Sequence record: MT161459.1
Reading direction: 5' to 3' (one strand)
DNA: 64,000 nucleotides
Below are positions 34,205 through 42,329 of the stretch, piece after piece. The notes under the pieces are model-generated. The model saw nothing but the letters and a program-made list of their open reading frames with translations, was not told where the DNA came from and made no database searches. The position numbers were made by a program, and so were the translations under genes. Numbering within the stretch: the stretch's first letter is position 1; each line of letters begins with the position of its first letter.

Positions 34205-34588
34205 GTGTCGATACGCGAAAATGTCGTAGCGATCTTAACCATCTTTGTGTCAATGTGGGGAAGTGTATTTGCATACAACACGTTTATTGGAGATCAAAAA
34301 TCCTATGAGTTGAAGCAAGAAATCACTGGACATTTTGACGAAAGTATGGGAAAGTTACGCGAAGATATCAATAAGCTACCCACTAACACCGACGTTGAAA
34401 ACTCGCAGCTCAAGTCTATGCTGTACGCGAAGGACTTACTCGATGAGAAGAAAGCTGATGAAGTTCGTAGACTAAACCAGCTGGAACTCCAGCTAGAACA
34501 ATTGTCAAGAAAACTTGACGTGCAACAACAACGATCGGGTGAGGTGGTGCCGGAAAAGGATACCTGGCAAACTAGGGCTACGCAATAA
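34205..34588 (+). CDS. Membrane-anchored coiled-coil protein, probably late
   Basis: GAGGA RBS, GTG; N-terminal TM; GTAAATA at 34151. Confidence 0.7.
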   Translation: MSIRENVVAILTIFVSMWGSVFAYNTFIGDQKSYELKQEITGHFDESMGKLREDINKLPTNTDVENSQLKSMLYAKDLLDEKKADEVRRLNQLELQLEQLSRKLDVQQQRSGEVVPEKDTWQTRATQ

Positions 34589-34685
34589 AGAAGAGCCCAG
34601 TAATACGGATCGAGAGGGTCGATACGCGCAACATATTAGATGTTGGTCGTCCCTCATTTCATAACTATGCACGAGGATAAACTCA

Positions 34686-34967
34686 ATGGACTTACGAACT
34701 GTATGTTTGATAGTCGCAATAATTGTGCTGCTTGTATATCTCATCGTCGATCGAGAAAAAGAAGACCCAGACGACAATGAAGCGCTGGTACAGGCAGCTA
34801 GGTTGAAACACAAGTACCGAGAAGCAATCTCGCCGTTGATCCTGAATGGTATGAGGCGAGACAAAAAGATCAAGGGCCGCAGTATGATGAGGACCGAAGT
34901 GTGTCCAATATATGCAGCACCTTGTACCAACCACACGACCAAAAGTAGGAAGAAGAAACGCAAATGA
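34686..34967 (+). CDS. Membrane-anchored protein with basic tail
   Basis: GAGG RBS; N-terminal TM. Confidence 0.7.
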   Translation: MDLRTVCLIVAIIVLLVYLIVDREKEDPDDNEALVQAARLKHKYREAISPLILNGMRRDKKIKGRSMMRTEVCPIYAAPCTNHTTKSRKKKRK

Positions 34968-35953
34968 TCTTCAAAAGCTATCCTGAAATGGAAAACCACA
35001 GCAAGAGTCGCATCATCAACGCAGTGATCGAGCAAGGCCACGGTGCAGCAGATGTAGTTTGGTGCGCGCGCGAAAAGATTCACGGTACCAACTTCTCGCT
35101 CTGGTACAACGGCGTAGATGACGTCCGAGCTGCAAGACGCACTGACTTCCTGGAGTTCGCTGACAAGTTCTACGACTTCACCAACATCGAACGTCGATAC
35201 CAGTTGTGCGTCCAAGCTCTGTATCTGCGGTTGGGCCTGACTACTGAGGTGATGGCGGTGTACGGCGAGTATGCTGGGATTATGTCGAGTGGGAAGTGGA
35301 TCCAAACCGGTATCGAATATGGCCCTCAAGACTTCTACGCGTTCGACGTCATGGTAGATGGAGTTCCCATCGATGATGATGTCATGGAGTCTGCTTGCCT
35401 GGATTGTGGCATGAAGACAGCTCCGCTGCTGAAAGTTGGGACCTTCAAAGAAGTGATGGGAGTTCCGAATGATCTGCAGTCCGTGGTCATGACCAAGAAC
35501 GAAACTGGCACTTTCGAGATCGTCAAGGGCACCGACAACATCGCCGAAGGTTACGTTGCTAAGCCGCGCGTAGGTCGCCGGTTCTGGAACGGAGCTCGGG
35601 TAGCGATCAAGTGCAAGAACGAGAAGTGGTCCGAGACTGCTAAGGGCAAGGGCGTCAAGATTGAGGTCAAAGACATCTCCGATAAAGATGCGTCCATTCT
35701 GGCTATGCTGGGCGACTACATCACCGAGAATCGTTTGAAGAACGTGCTCTCCAAGATCGGCGTACCGGAGACCAAGGAGTTCGGCAAGGTCATGGGCATG
35801 CTGTCCCAAGACATCATCAAAGACTATGAGTCCGACACCGAGACTTTGGTCAAAGATGCTGACGAGCCAAGTCGAGTATGTCGGATGATGAATACTGCAG
35901 TGGGTAACTTCATTCGTCCTCTGTGGGTTGACATCTGCGACGGTGCATGGTAA
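34964..35953 (+). CDS. rnlB: RNA ligase 2
   Basis: FK.Y..MENH, AREKIHGTNFS, GEYAG, FYAFDV, AEGYVAK, AIKCKNEKWSE. Confidence 0.96.
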   Translation: MIFKSYPEMENHSKSRIINAVIEQGHGAADVVWCAREKIHGTNFSLWYNGVDDVRAARRTDFLEFADKFYDFTNIERRYQLCVQALYLRLGLTTEVMAVYGEYAGIMSSGKWIQTGIEYGPQDFYAFDVMVDGVPIDDDVMESACLDCGMKTAPLLKVGTFKEVMGVPNDLQSVVMTKNETGTFEIVKGTDNIAEGYVAKPRVGRRFWNGARVAIKCKNEKWSETAKGKGVKIEVKDISDKDASILAMLGDYITENRLKNVLSKIGVPETKEFGKVMGMLSQDIIKDYESDTETLVKDADEPSRVCRMMNTAVGNFIRPLWVDICDGAW

Positions 35954-35960
35954 GTAATCG

Positions 35961-35990
35961 GGAGGACTTCGGTCCTCCTTAATTTTTTTT
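35961..35990 (+). terminator. Rho-independent terminator
   Basis: GGAGGAC-TTCG-GTCCTCC then T-tract. Confidence 0.85.
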
Positions 35991-35995
35991 GCCTG

Positions 35996-36023
35996 TTGTC
36001 TTATCACTTCAATTGAGTATAAT
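35996..36023 (+). promoter_or_regulatory. Early promoter
   Basis: TTGTCT-16bp-TATAAT. Confidence 0.65.
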
Positions 36024-36053
36024 CCGCCATACAACATTCATAGGAGTTATGTA

Positions 36054-36311
36054 ATGATTACTGCCGATAGCGCATTCGCGCAAACTGAAGCAAACTTCAA
36101 GAATCAAATGGATCACGAGCTGGGCAAGATCGAATCCCTGATCACCAAAGCCATCGCAGAACGTAAATACACTGCCACTGCATACAACGTTCCGCGCGAC
36201 ATGCTCAAATCCATTCAGGTTGAGCTGGAATCCAAAGGGTTCCGAGCTTCCATCAAGAAAGCTCTTCATCAGATGGACACCGACACCATCGAAATCCACT
36301 GGGGGATCTGA
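36054..36311 (+). CDS. Small protein, tandem paralog 1
   Basis: AGGAG RBS; MITADSA...IEIHWGI. Confidence 0.8.
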   Translation: MITADSAFAQTEANFKNQMDHELGKIESLITKAIAERKYTATAYNVPRDMLKSIQVELESKGFRASIKKALHQMDTDTIEIHWGI

Positions 36312-36313
36312 TC

Positions 36314-36574
36314 ATGTTTGCAGCTAAAGATGCAGCAGCTCTGATGGCTGAAGCCGTAGAGCGCAAGAAAACTCCGGAAGCAAATCGTATGCTGGTTGCC
36401 GTTCAACGCGCCGCGAATGATGGAGGAGACTGCGCAACGTATCAAACTGATGTGGAATTTCCGATCATCCGCGCTGCAATGGAAATCCTCATAGGTCTCG
36501 GGTACACCGCTACAGCTGATCGTCGTCCAGAATCTACCGTATACGATGTCAAAATTGCATGGAGACACATCTAA
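36314..36574 (+). CDS. Small protein, tandem paralog 2
   Basis: MFAAKDAA...VKIAWRHI. Confidence 0.8.
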   Translation: MFAAKDAAALMAEAVERKKTPEANRMLVAVQRAANDGGDCATYQTDVEFPIIRAAMEILIGLGYTATADRRPESTVYDVKIAWRHI

Positions 36575-36864
36575 TGATCACAGCTAAAGAAGCAGCTGCC
36601 CAGTCCCGCGATGCTAACCACGGTGACCTGAAAGTTCTCACCGATTCTATTGACCGTTACATCAATACCGCATCCAAGAGTGGCAAGCGGAGCGTCTCCG
36701 TACAAACGTCAGTGGATCGCGATGTGATTGACGCAGCTGTCCGGATTGTCGAACAGGCTGGTTACGTAGTGACGGTGCATGCCAACAACTACCCGTCTAG
36801 CCGAATGGTACCAGGCGAAGCGTTTGGTCACAAATATTCAATCAATGTGGTGTGGGGATTATAG
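36574..36864 (+). CDS. Small protein, tandem paralog 3
   Basis: GGAG RBS; MITAKEAA...INVVWGL. Confidence 0.8.
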   Translation: MITAKEAAAQSRDANHGDLKVLTDSIDRYINTASKSGKRSVSVQTSVDRDVIDAAVRIVEQAGYVVTVHANNYPSSRMVPGEAFGHKYSINVVWGL

Positions 36865-37091
36865 TGAACATTCTCGATCGTGTACATCAACAATGTACCG
36901 GCGATAGCGGTATGGTGACGACCATCGTCACCTACTTGTCGGTGTGTCTTGGATATTGGATCCGATCTGGCAATCTTCCAGGATCTACATTCTGCTGGAC
37001 TGCAATGGTAGCGACAGCAGGATCGTGCCTTCTGATAGGCAACGCATCAAAGTTTATTTCCAACAAATTACAACAACGGAAGACAAAATGA
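36864..37091 (+). CDS. Small membrane protein
   Basis: GTG overlapping previous stop; two hydrophobic segments. Confidence 0.55.
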   Translation: MNILDRVHQQCTGDSGMVTTIVTYLSVCLGYWIRSGNLPGSTFCWTAMVATAGSCLLIGNASKFISNKLQQRKTK

Positions 37092-37468
37092 ATAATCCAG
37101 TGACAGCTGATCCGTACAAAGAATCAAACATTAACAACAACTGGGAACACCATCGCCCAGGCAATATATGCATCTACATGGGTGATGGCGGCGAGCGTTG
37201 GTACGTCATTCGCGAACGTCAGGAGACGGATGGCGATCCCAGAGGATACTACAAGGGCAAACAAGTGATGGTCGGTCTGCAGTTGGTATGTGGCGACGAT
37301 CGCACGATCAACAACAACGGCTCTCGCAAGCGTATTATTCAAAAGCACGCAAATGCTGTGAAAGTGGTGGATCGCGAAATGTACATGCAGTACATCGCTC
37401 AGAGACTCGAGCACATCTACGCTTGTGCAGAAGAGCGTATGGAACAACCATTCAACACATCATTCTAA
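37088..37468 (+). CDS. Hypothetical protein
   Basis: GGAAG RBS, ATG 37088. Confidence 0.7.
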   Translation: MNNPVTADPYKESNINNNWEHHRPGNICIYMGDGGERWYVIRERQETDGDPRGYYKGKQVMVGLQLVCGDDRTINNNGSRKRIIQKHANAVKVVDREMYMQYIAQRLEHIYACAEERMEQPFNTSF

Positions 37469-37476
37469 GAGGCCAT

Positions 37477-38184
37477 ATGACAGACATCGACTTTGAAAGA
37501 GTATTCGAGATGCGGGATAATCTCCCAGCAGCCGAAGCCAAGATTGCAATCCAATCATACGCCAAAAGCATTGGTATCAAGATTCCAAAGACTGGGATTG
37601 GTGTAAAGGGCATGATCGAGATGCTGATGGACAAAGCTGATCGAGATGCTAATGGATCATTCGAACCGGCAGCCAATTCCAGTCCGCCTGATGTAGACAC
37701 AAACCGAGTTGTGATCTCGGATCCGGAACTGACTGAAGTCCTCCAGAATCAATACGAGGTATTGAGCGAACTGCCAGGCGGCCAATACACAGATCCTGGA
37801 GCGATTCTATCTCACGCATCCGACAAGCGTATGATGGTCGTTGGCGAGCCTATCAGCGAGACTGGATTCACTCCGGATCAGGAAGAGAAGTTACAAGCGG
37901 CCATTACTCGTATCAACGAGATCGAAGAGGGTGCGTTCGTTCTGCCGGAGAACTACGAACCTCGTAACGATCTGATCGGGCGTGCTCCTGACGCATATTT
38001 GAATCTGCCATACTGGATCCTCGATTGGATCATCAGCGCTGGCCGAGATTGGAAGTGCAAGGTCAAGGAGTACGATGATGCGAGCGAAATCGTATATCTA
38101 TACGACTTGCTGTACTACATCCGTCTGAACGGTAAGGTCATCGTTCGCGAGACTCGCAACAGCCACTACCACCATTTGTCGTGA
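37477..38184 (+). CDS. inh: Inhibitor of prohead protease, paralog 1
   Basis: AK..I..YA..IGIK; F.LPENY.P..DLIG; LPYWI..WI; LLYYI..NG.VI.RETRNS match T4 Inh. Confidence 0.88.
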   Translation: MTDIDFERVFEMRDNLPAAEAKIAIQSYAKSIGIKIPKTGIGVKGMIEMLMDKADRDANGSFEPAANSSPPDVDTNRVVISDPELTEVLQNQYEVLSELPGGQYTDPGAILSHASDKRMMVVGEPISETGFTPDQEEKLQAAITRINEIEEGAFVLPENYEPRNDLIGRAPDAYLNLPYWILDWIISAGRDWKCKVKEYDDASEIVYLYDLLYYIRLNGKVIVRETRNSHYHHLS

Positions 38185-38237
38185 CTAAATAAAGCAACAG
38201 CCCCACAATCGTGGGGCTTCACCCTATGGAGATAAAA

Positions 38238-38867
38238 ATGATCGACCAAAGTAAGATCGACCAATTCCGTGCAATGGAGCAGTCGGAAGGCAAAGCAGCA
38301 CTTCAAGCGTATGGCAAAGAACTGGGAGTTTCCCTGAAACAAAGCTGGACTTTTGATAAAATGGTAGCTGCTCTAGAGGCTGCTGTCAAACCGTCTGAGC
38401 CTGTTGTAGAGACTAAGCTGCCCGATGATACCACTCCAGTACCGGAGGTTGTAGATCCGGTTGTAGAGCAGATTCCACCGACAGATCTAGATGTCAGCTC
38501 TATCATCCCAAAAGAACTGCCGTCCCCTCCGAAAGAGGAAATTGGTCCAGAACCGGAGCACATCCTCGAGCACATGTCATTTGATATGGTAGGTGAACAA
38601 TTCCCATGGGCTTGGAACATGCGCAACATCCAGGACAAATACTGGTATGGGCAAGTTAATTCCGGAATTGACGACACGTTCGTTAGCAAGATTGATGAGC
38701 TGGGAGCTGAATGGACCAAGGCCGAGACCGATGACGCATTCACAGAGTATTTGTCTAAGGTTATCCGATATAGTGGGATGATGATCATCCTGCGAGATCT
38801 GCGCACCGATAACTTCTATCAGATCAGCGAATCTGGTTACCGTTTCGGACGAGACTTCCGCCTTTAA
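38238..38867 (+). CDS. Inh-like paralog 2
   Basis: MIDQSKI..F.A.....GKA.L..YG.ELG..LK....FD.MV matches Inh N-terminus; ILRDLR.DNF resembles Inh C-terminus; CTAAATA at 38185. Confidence 0.75.
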   Translation: MIDQSKIDQFRAMEQSEGKAALQAYGKELGVSLKQSWTFDKMVAALEAAVKPSEPVVETKLPDDTTPVPEVVDPVVEQIPPTDLDVSSIIPKELPSPPKEEIGPEPEHILEHMSFDMVGEQFPWAWNMRNIQDKYWYGQVNSGIDDTFVSKIDELGAEWTKAETDDAFTEYLSKVIRYSGMMIILRDLRTDNFYQISESGYRFGRDFRL

Positions 38868-38871
38868 TACT

Positions 38872-38894
38872 AAACCTCCTTCGGGAGGTTTTTT
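38872..38894 (+). terminator. Rho-independent terminator
   Basis: AAACCTCC-TTCG-GGAGGTTT-TTT. Confidence 0.9.
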
Positions 38895-38895
38895 G

Positions 38896-38923
38896 TTGTC
38901 TCGAATTTCAGTTCGTGTATACT
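38896..38923 (+). promoter_or_regulatory. Early promoter
   Basis: TTGTCT-16bp-TATACT. Confidence 0.6.
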
Positions 38924-38970
38924 TCCCTTCATCGGAGCGATGTAGCTCAACTTCAAACGAGGATTAGACG

Positions 38971-39405
38971 ATGTCAGCATTCACCGTAGCTCAACTGGTA
39001 TCCATTCACTTTGCTCGTACCGAACGTCAGGTTTCTGTTAAGGATCTGGCTAAGCAGTATAACGTTAGCGAGAGTACTATCCGTCGTGCAATTGCGAAGG
39101 TTGAAAGTCAGCAAGCCAAGTTCAAAGCTAATGCAGTTAGCGGTGCTACTGCTAACATCCCAACAATCGTTCGTCAACGTCCTACTCCGAAGAAGTTCGC
39201 GGATATCAAACCTCCAGTAGCTTATACTGTGGGTCGTCAGTTGGCCGAAGAGTCTGTATCGGGTCACCCAGAAGTGAAGCGTCCGACCAAGAAGTGGACT
39301 TTCGAAGGTCAATCGAAGGGTCGCATTATGCGTCCACGCAAACAAGTCGAAGTCCGTCCGTACCAGGAGACTGCAATGTTCCTGGCATTTGCAGCAGCTA
39401 AGTGA
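38971..39405 (+). CDS. HTH-containing basic protein
   Basis: SVKDLAKQYNVSESTIRRAI is a classic HTH. Confidence 0.75.
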   Translation: MSAFTVAQLVSIHFARTERQVSVKDLAKQYNVSESTIRRAIAKVESQQAKFKANAVSGATANIPTIVRQRPTPKKFADIKPPVAYTVGRQLAEESVSGHPEVKRPTKKWTFEGQSKGRIMRPRKQVEVRPYQETAMFLAFAAAK

Positions 39406-39411
39406 GATCAG

Positions 39412-39612
39412 ATGAATATTATCGAGAAAGTACAAGCGCATTTCATGCACGAGAACGGAGCATCTGTAGCAGATCTCGCTCTCCAACATGGTGTAAGTGA
39501 ACAGGTTATCACTGATGCGATCGCCGAAGTAAACCAACGTCGACTTGCTTACGGTCAAAAACCGGTCAGTCGCAAACCTAAAATGTGGGAGCACGTAAAT
39601 GTCAAGAAATAG
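39412..39612 (+). CDS. Small HTH protein (paralog of preceding gene)
   Basis: HF......SVADLALQHGVSEQVITDAI. Confidence 0.7.
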   Translation: MNIIEKVQAHFMHENGASVADLALQHGVSEQVITDAIAEVNQRRLAYGQKPVSRKPKMWEHVNVKK

Positions 39613-39958
39613 TTCAGTTATCGGCACTATCGGGTTGGTGGCTGCTGCCGCACTGGTGATCATCTCCCAGTACGCGTGGATTGCAGTTACATCGGATACC
39701 TACGCCGGTTACCAGGTTACCGAGAAGGAGTCCATTGCCAAGGGCTCCGAGGGGATGATGGTGTACGTCAAGAAAGGCGAAGACTATCGAGAGTTTGAGA
39801 ATGACAACAACTACCTGTTGTTGAAGTTTGACTCTCGCAATATCCAGAACCGAATGGAAGTAGGTAAGTGCTTCAATATCACTGCATACGGGTGGCGCAT
39901 CGGTTTCCTGGGGTTGTACGAGAATATCCGGAAAATCGAGCCTGTAGACTGCAAATAG
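39599..39958 (+). CDS. Membrane-anchored beta protein (DUF1523-like)
   Basis: N-terminal TM; F.N.N..L..KF.S..IQ...E.GK......YGWRI.FL..Y.NI. Confidence 0.6.
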   Translation: MSRNSSVIGTIGLVAAAALVIISQYAWIAVTSDTYAGYQVTEKESIAKGSEGMMVYVKKGEDYREFENDNNYLLLKFDSRNIQNRMEVGKCFNITAYGWRIGFLGLYENIRKIEPVDCK

Positions 39959-39961
39959 TTG

Positions 39962-39990
39962 TAGTCCACTCACGTAGTTGATGTTATACT
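39962..39990 (+). promoter_or_regulatory. Early promoter
   Basis: TAGTCC-17bp-TATACT followed by CAACTGAGGAG leader. Confidence 0.5.
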
Positions 39991-40018
39991 GCCTGCATAC
40001 CAACTGAGGAGTAATCAC

Positions 40019-41128
40019 ATGAAGATCACCGTTGAACTGTATTTCATGCCGCTGTTGAATGAGAAGATGTCCAAACTGGCCAACATCGCGTCCAAATTGG
40101 GATGCGTGGCACCATCGTATAATATCATTCGGACTTACAGCGTCAAGAATCCGGACACATACAAAGTGACGGTATTCAACGAGATCGAGATCACTGGTGC
40201 TGCTCCGAAGTTGGAAGGTTGGGAGTTTGTAGCTAAGTTCGATCACGATGAGAAGATCGTGTATCAGCATGGCTGGATCCCAACCGAGTTTAACGTTAGC
40301 GTTTGTAAGTGCGATCATTGTTGCGTTTCTCGTTATCGGAAGGTGTCTTATATCGTCAAGAACGATGTAGGTCTCCATATGCAGGTTGGCGGCTCTTGTT
40401 TGAAGCATTATACTGGTGGTCACAAGCTGCCAACAATCCTCGGCCGGTACTTCGATGGCCTGACCGATCTCGAATCCGATGGATGGAGAACCGGTCATGC
40501 ATCTACCGAATACGATCTGATGACCGTGCTGAAATTCGCTCGTCATGCGGTCAATGTGTATGGATATGTCCGGTCCACTCAAGGCACTCTGGAAATCCCG
40601 AGTACATCGTCTATCGTGACCCAGATGATCTCCGGTAACCGCGATCTTAACGAGCTCGTGAAGGCGGCTCTCCGAGTTCCAGATTCCGAAGTATTCAAGA
40701 TGCTGGAATTCGTCAACGATATGCCGTCCAATGACGAAAGCTATGTGAACAACCTGAAATCCATTGCGACCAACGGGTACTGTACCTTCAAATCTCTGGG
40801 ATTTGCCGTGTCCATCGTGTCAGCTTATGACAAGGATCAAGCAGTTCGTCGCGCTGCAGAATCGTCCAAGTCTGTACACTTGGGTAGCGTTGGTGAGCGT
40901 CTGCGCAATATGGAAGTTGAGGTCACTTCAGTTCGAGTCATTGAAGGTACATTCGACTTCACTACCGTCATCAATATGGTGGTAGGCGATGATGTCCTGG
41001 TGTGGTTTGCAGCTGGATCGAAGGATATTTCCAAGGGCGATACTTTTACTCTGACTGGCACCGTCAAGAGCCACTCTGAGTATGCGGGGATCAAACAAAC
41101 CGTATTGACACGGTGCAAAATCGATTGA
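40019..41128 (+). CDS. Conserved phage protein with CDHC zinc motif and C-terminal OB-like fold
   Basis: CDHC...R.R...YIV...QVG.SCL..Y; FTLTGTVK.H.EY.G.KQT.L.RCK. Confidence 0.75.
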   Translation: MKITVELYFMPLLNEKMSKLANIASKLGCVAPSYNIIRTYSVKNPDTYKVTVFNEIEITGAAPKLEGWEFVAKFDHDEKIVYQHGWIPTEFNVSVCKCDHCCVSRYRKVSYIVKNDVGLHMQVGGSCLKHYTGGHKLPTILGRYFDGLTDLESDGWRTGHASTEYDLMTVLKFARHAVNVYGYVRSTQGTLEIPSTSSIVTQMISGNRDLNELVKAALRVPDSEVFKMLEFVNDMPSNDESYVNNLKSIATNGYCTFKSLGFAVSIVSAYDKDQAVRRAAESSKSVHLGSVGERLRNMEVEVTSVRVIEGTFDFTTVINMVVGDDVLVWFAAGSKDISKGDTFTLTGTVKSHSEYAGIKQTVLTRCKID

Positions 41129-41134
41129 GGAGTT

Positions 41135-41698
41135 ATGGCCAAATATGTAACACTAGTGGGGAGTCGAGAGGCTCCCCAATCCATTTGTAAGGTAGCGGAG
41201 CGCATCGGTCAGTTCCTGAGCGATCGGGGGTTCGTCGGGAGATCCGGACGCGCGATCGGAATGGATTCCGCATTTGAACGGTTTTACAACCCAGATATGT
41301 TCGAGGCATACGTTATCAAGGATCTCCCGAACGCGATCAACGTTCGGCACCACGATATGGACGCATATGAGGAACTGGCGGCGAGCTTGATTCCTCACTA
41401 CGAGTACCTGGACTTCTACTCCAGGTGGTTACACGCTCGCAATACATGTCAGGTTCTCGGGCTAGATCTGAATACTCCGAGTATGCTGCTGATATGCTGG
41501 GCTCCAGAGCCACGAAGGGGCGGCGGAGTTCGAGGGGGAACTAAGTCAGCGGTTGCTCTGGCCAGACGTCATGGGATCCCAGTATCCAATCTGTATCATC
41601 GAGATCAGTTGATCAAATGGTGTGAGAAGGTAGGATGCGATGTTCCTGCAGATCCGAACCACAGTTCTCAGCAGGACTTATCCTTTCTTGATAAATAA
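41135..41698 (+). CDS. SLOG/DprA-like Rossmann-fold protein
   Basis: VTLVGSRE.P, RSG.A.GMD.AFE, HARN..QVLG.DL..PS...ICW, GGT..AV.LA...GIPV.NL. Confidence 0.75.
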   Translation: MAKYVTLVGSREAPQSICKVAERIGQFLSDRGFVGRSGRAIGMDSAFERFYNPDMFEAYVIKDLPNAINVRHHDMDAYEELAASLIPHYEYLDFYSRWLHARNTCQVLGLDLNTPSMLLICWAPEPRRGGGVRGGTKSAVALARRHGIPVSNLYHRDQLIKWCEKVGCDVPADPNHSSQQDLSFLDK

Positions 41699-41726
41699 AA
41701 TCAACAATAACAAGAAGGATTTTCGT

Positions 41727-42074
41727 ATGATGGAATTACCAGCAGTCGCCAAATTATGCTATGAAAATGTCCGCTGCTTTGCCAAGGTATTCGGCGATCA
41801 CGGTTATGCACCGTGGGACGAACTAAGTGAGGATAAACGGAACGATTTGATCTTAGACGTTCGGTCTATTATTAATGATCCAAACATCACAGCATCAGAG
41901 CTACATGATATTTGGGTACGCCGCATGGTAGATAGAGGATGGACTTATGGTCCAGTCAAGGACTCCGTTGCTATGACTCGCCCCGACATTTGCGCGTACG
42001 AGTTCAAGTCTCCGATCCACCAACAGGAACTGAGGTTGATTATTTGTGTAGTGCGTATTGCTACATCCTGCTAA
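41727..42074 (+). CDS. RyR-domain-like protein
   Basis: LH..W......GWTYGPVKD....T.P pattern of RyR repeats. Confidence 0.7.
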   Translation: MMELPAVAKLCYENVRCFAKVFGDHGYAPWDELSEDKRNDLILDVRSIINDPNITASELHDIWVRRMVDRGWTYGPVKDSVAMTRPDICAYEFKSPIHQQELRLIICVVRIATSC

Positions 42075-42078
42075 AAAG

Positions 42079-42108
42079 AAAGCCCCTGTCCATCGACAGG
42101 GGCTTTTT
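42079..42108. terminator. Bidirectional terminator
   Basis: AAAGCCCCTGTC-CATC-GACAGGGGCTTT. Confidence 0.9.
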
Positions 42109-42109
42109 G

Positions 42110-42316
42110 TTATCTGATAGAATTCAGGATGGTAGCTCGGTCTTCTGGACCAAACGTACTCAACCAAGATCTCATCTTACCGATACCTTCTACCATACGC
42201 TTGCGATCGTGCTCTTTCTTTTCAGCTAGCAGTCTCGCGCCGCGCGTCTCGTTACTTTCATTGAGGATCGCAGCAGCAGCAAGCGTTGCTTCATGATCCG
42301 TGTTGTACATTGACAT
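42110..42316 (-). CDS. Hypothetical helical protein
   Basis: AAGGA RBS; MSMYNTDHE... Confidence 0.6.
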   Translation of the reverse strand: MSMYNTDHEATLAAAAILNESNETRGARLLAEKKEHDRKRMVEGIGKMRSWLSTFGPEDRATILNSIR

Positions 42317-42329
42317 CTTCGATTCCTTA

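Noticed and set aside
34205-34588. Holin T
   Set aside because: It has a single TM and looks late, but it is shorter than T4 T and lacks its recognisable periplasmic domain. Left as unknown.
34607-34650. Structured sRNA (GAGGG...CAACAT/ATGTTG...CCCTC)
   Set aside because: The stem is short and interrupted, with no promoter, terminator or second copy to support it.
34505-36037. 510-aa minus-strand ORF
   Set aside because: It is the antisense shadow of rnlB and its neighbours, with no RBS or recognisable motifs. Long antisense ORFs follow from the strong codon bias.
2611-38894. Recurrent TTCG hairpins as a CRISPR-like array
   Set aside because: They are dispersed, at gene ends and followed by T-tracts; there is no regular repeat-spacer structure.
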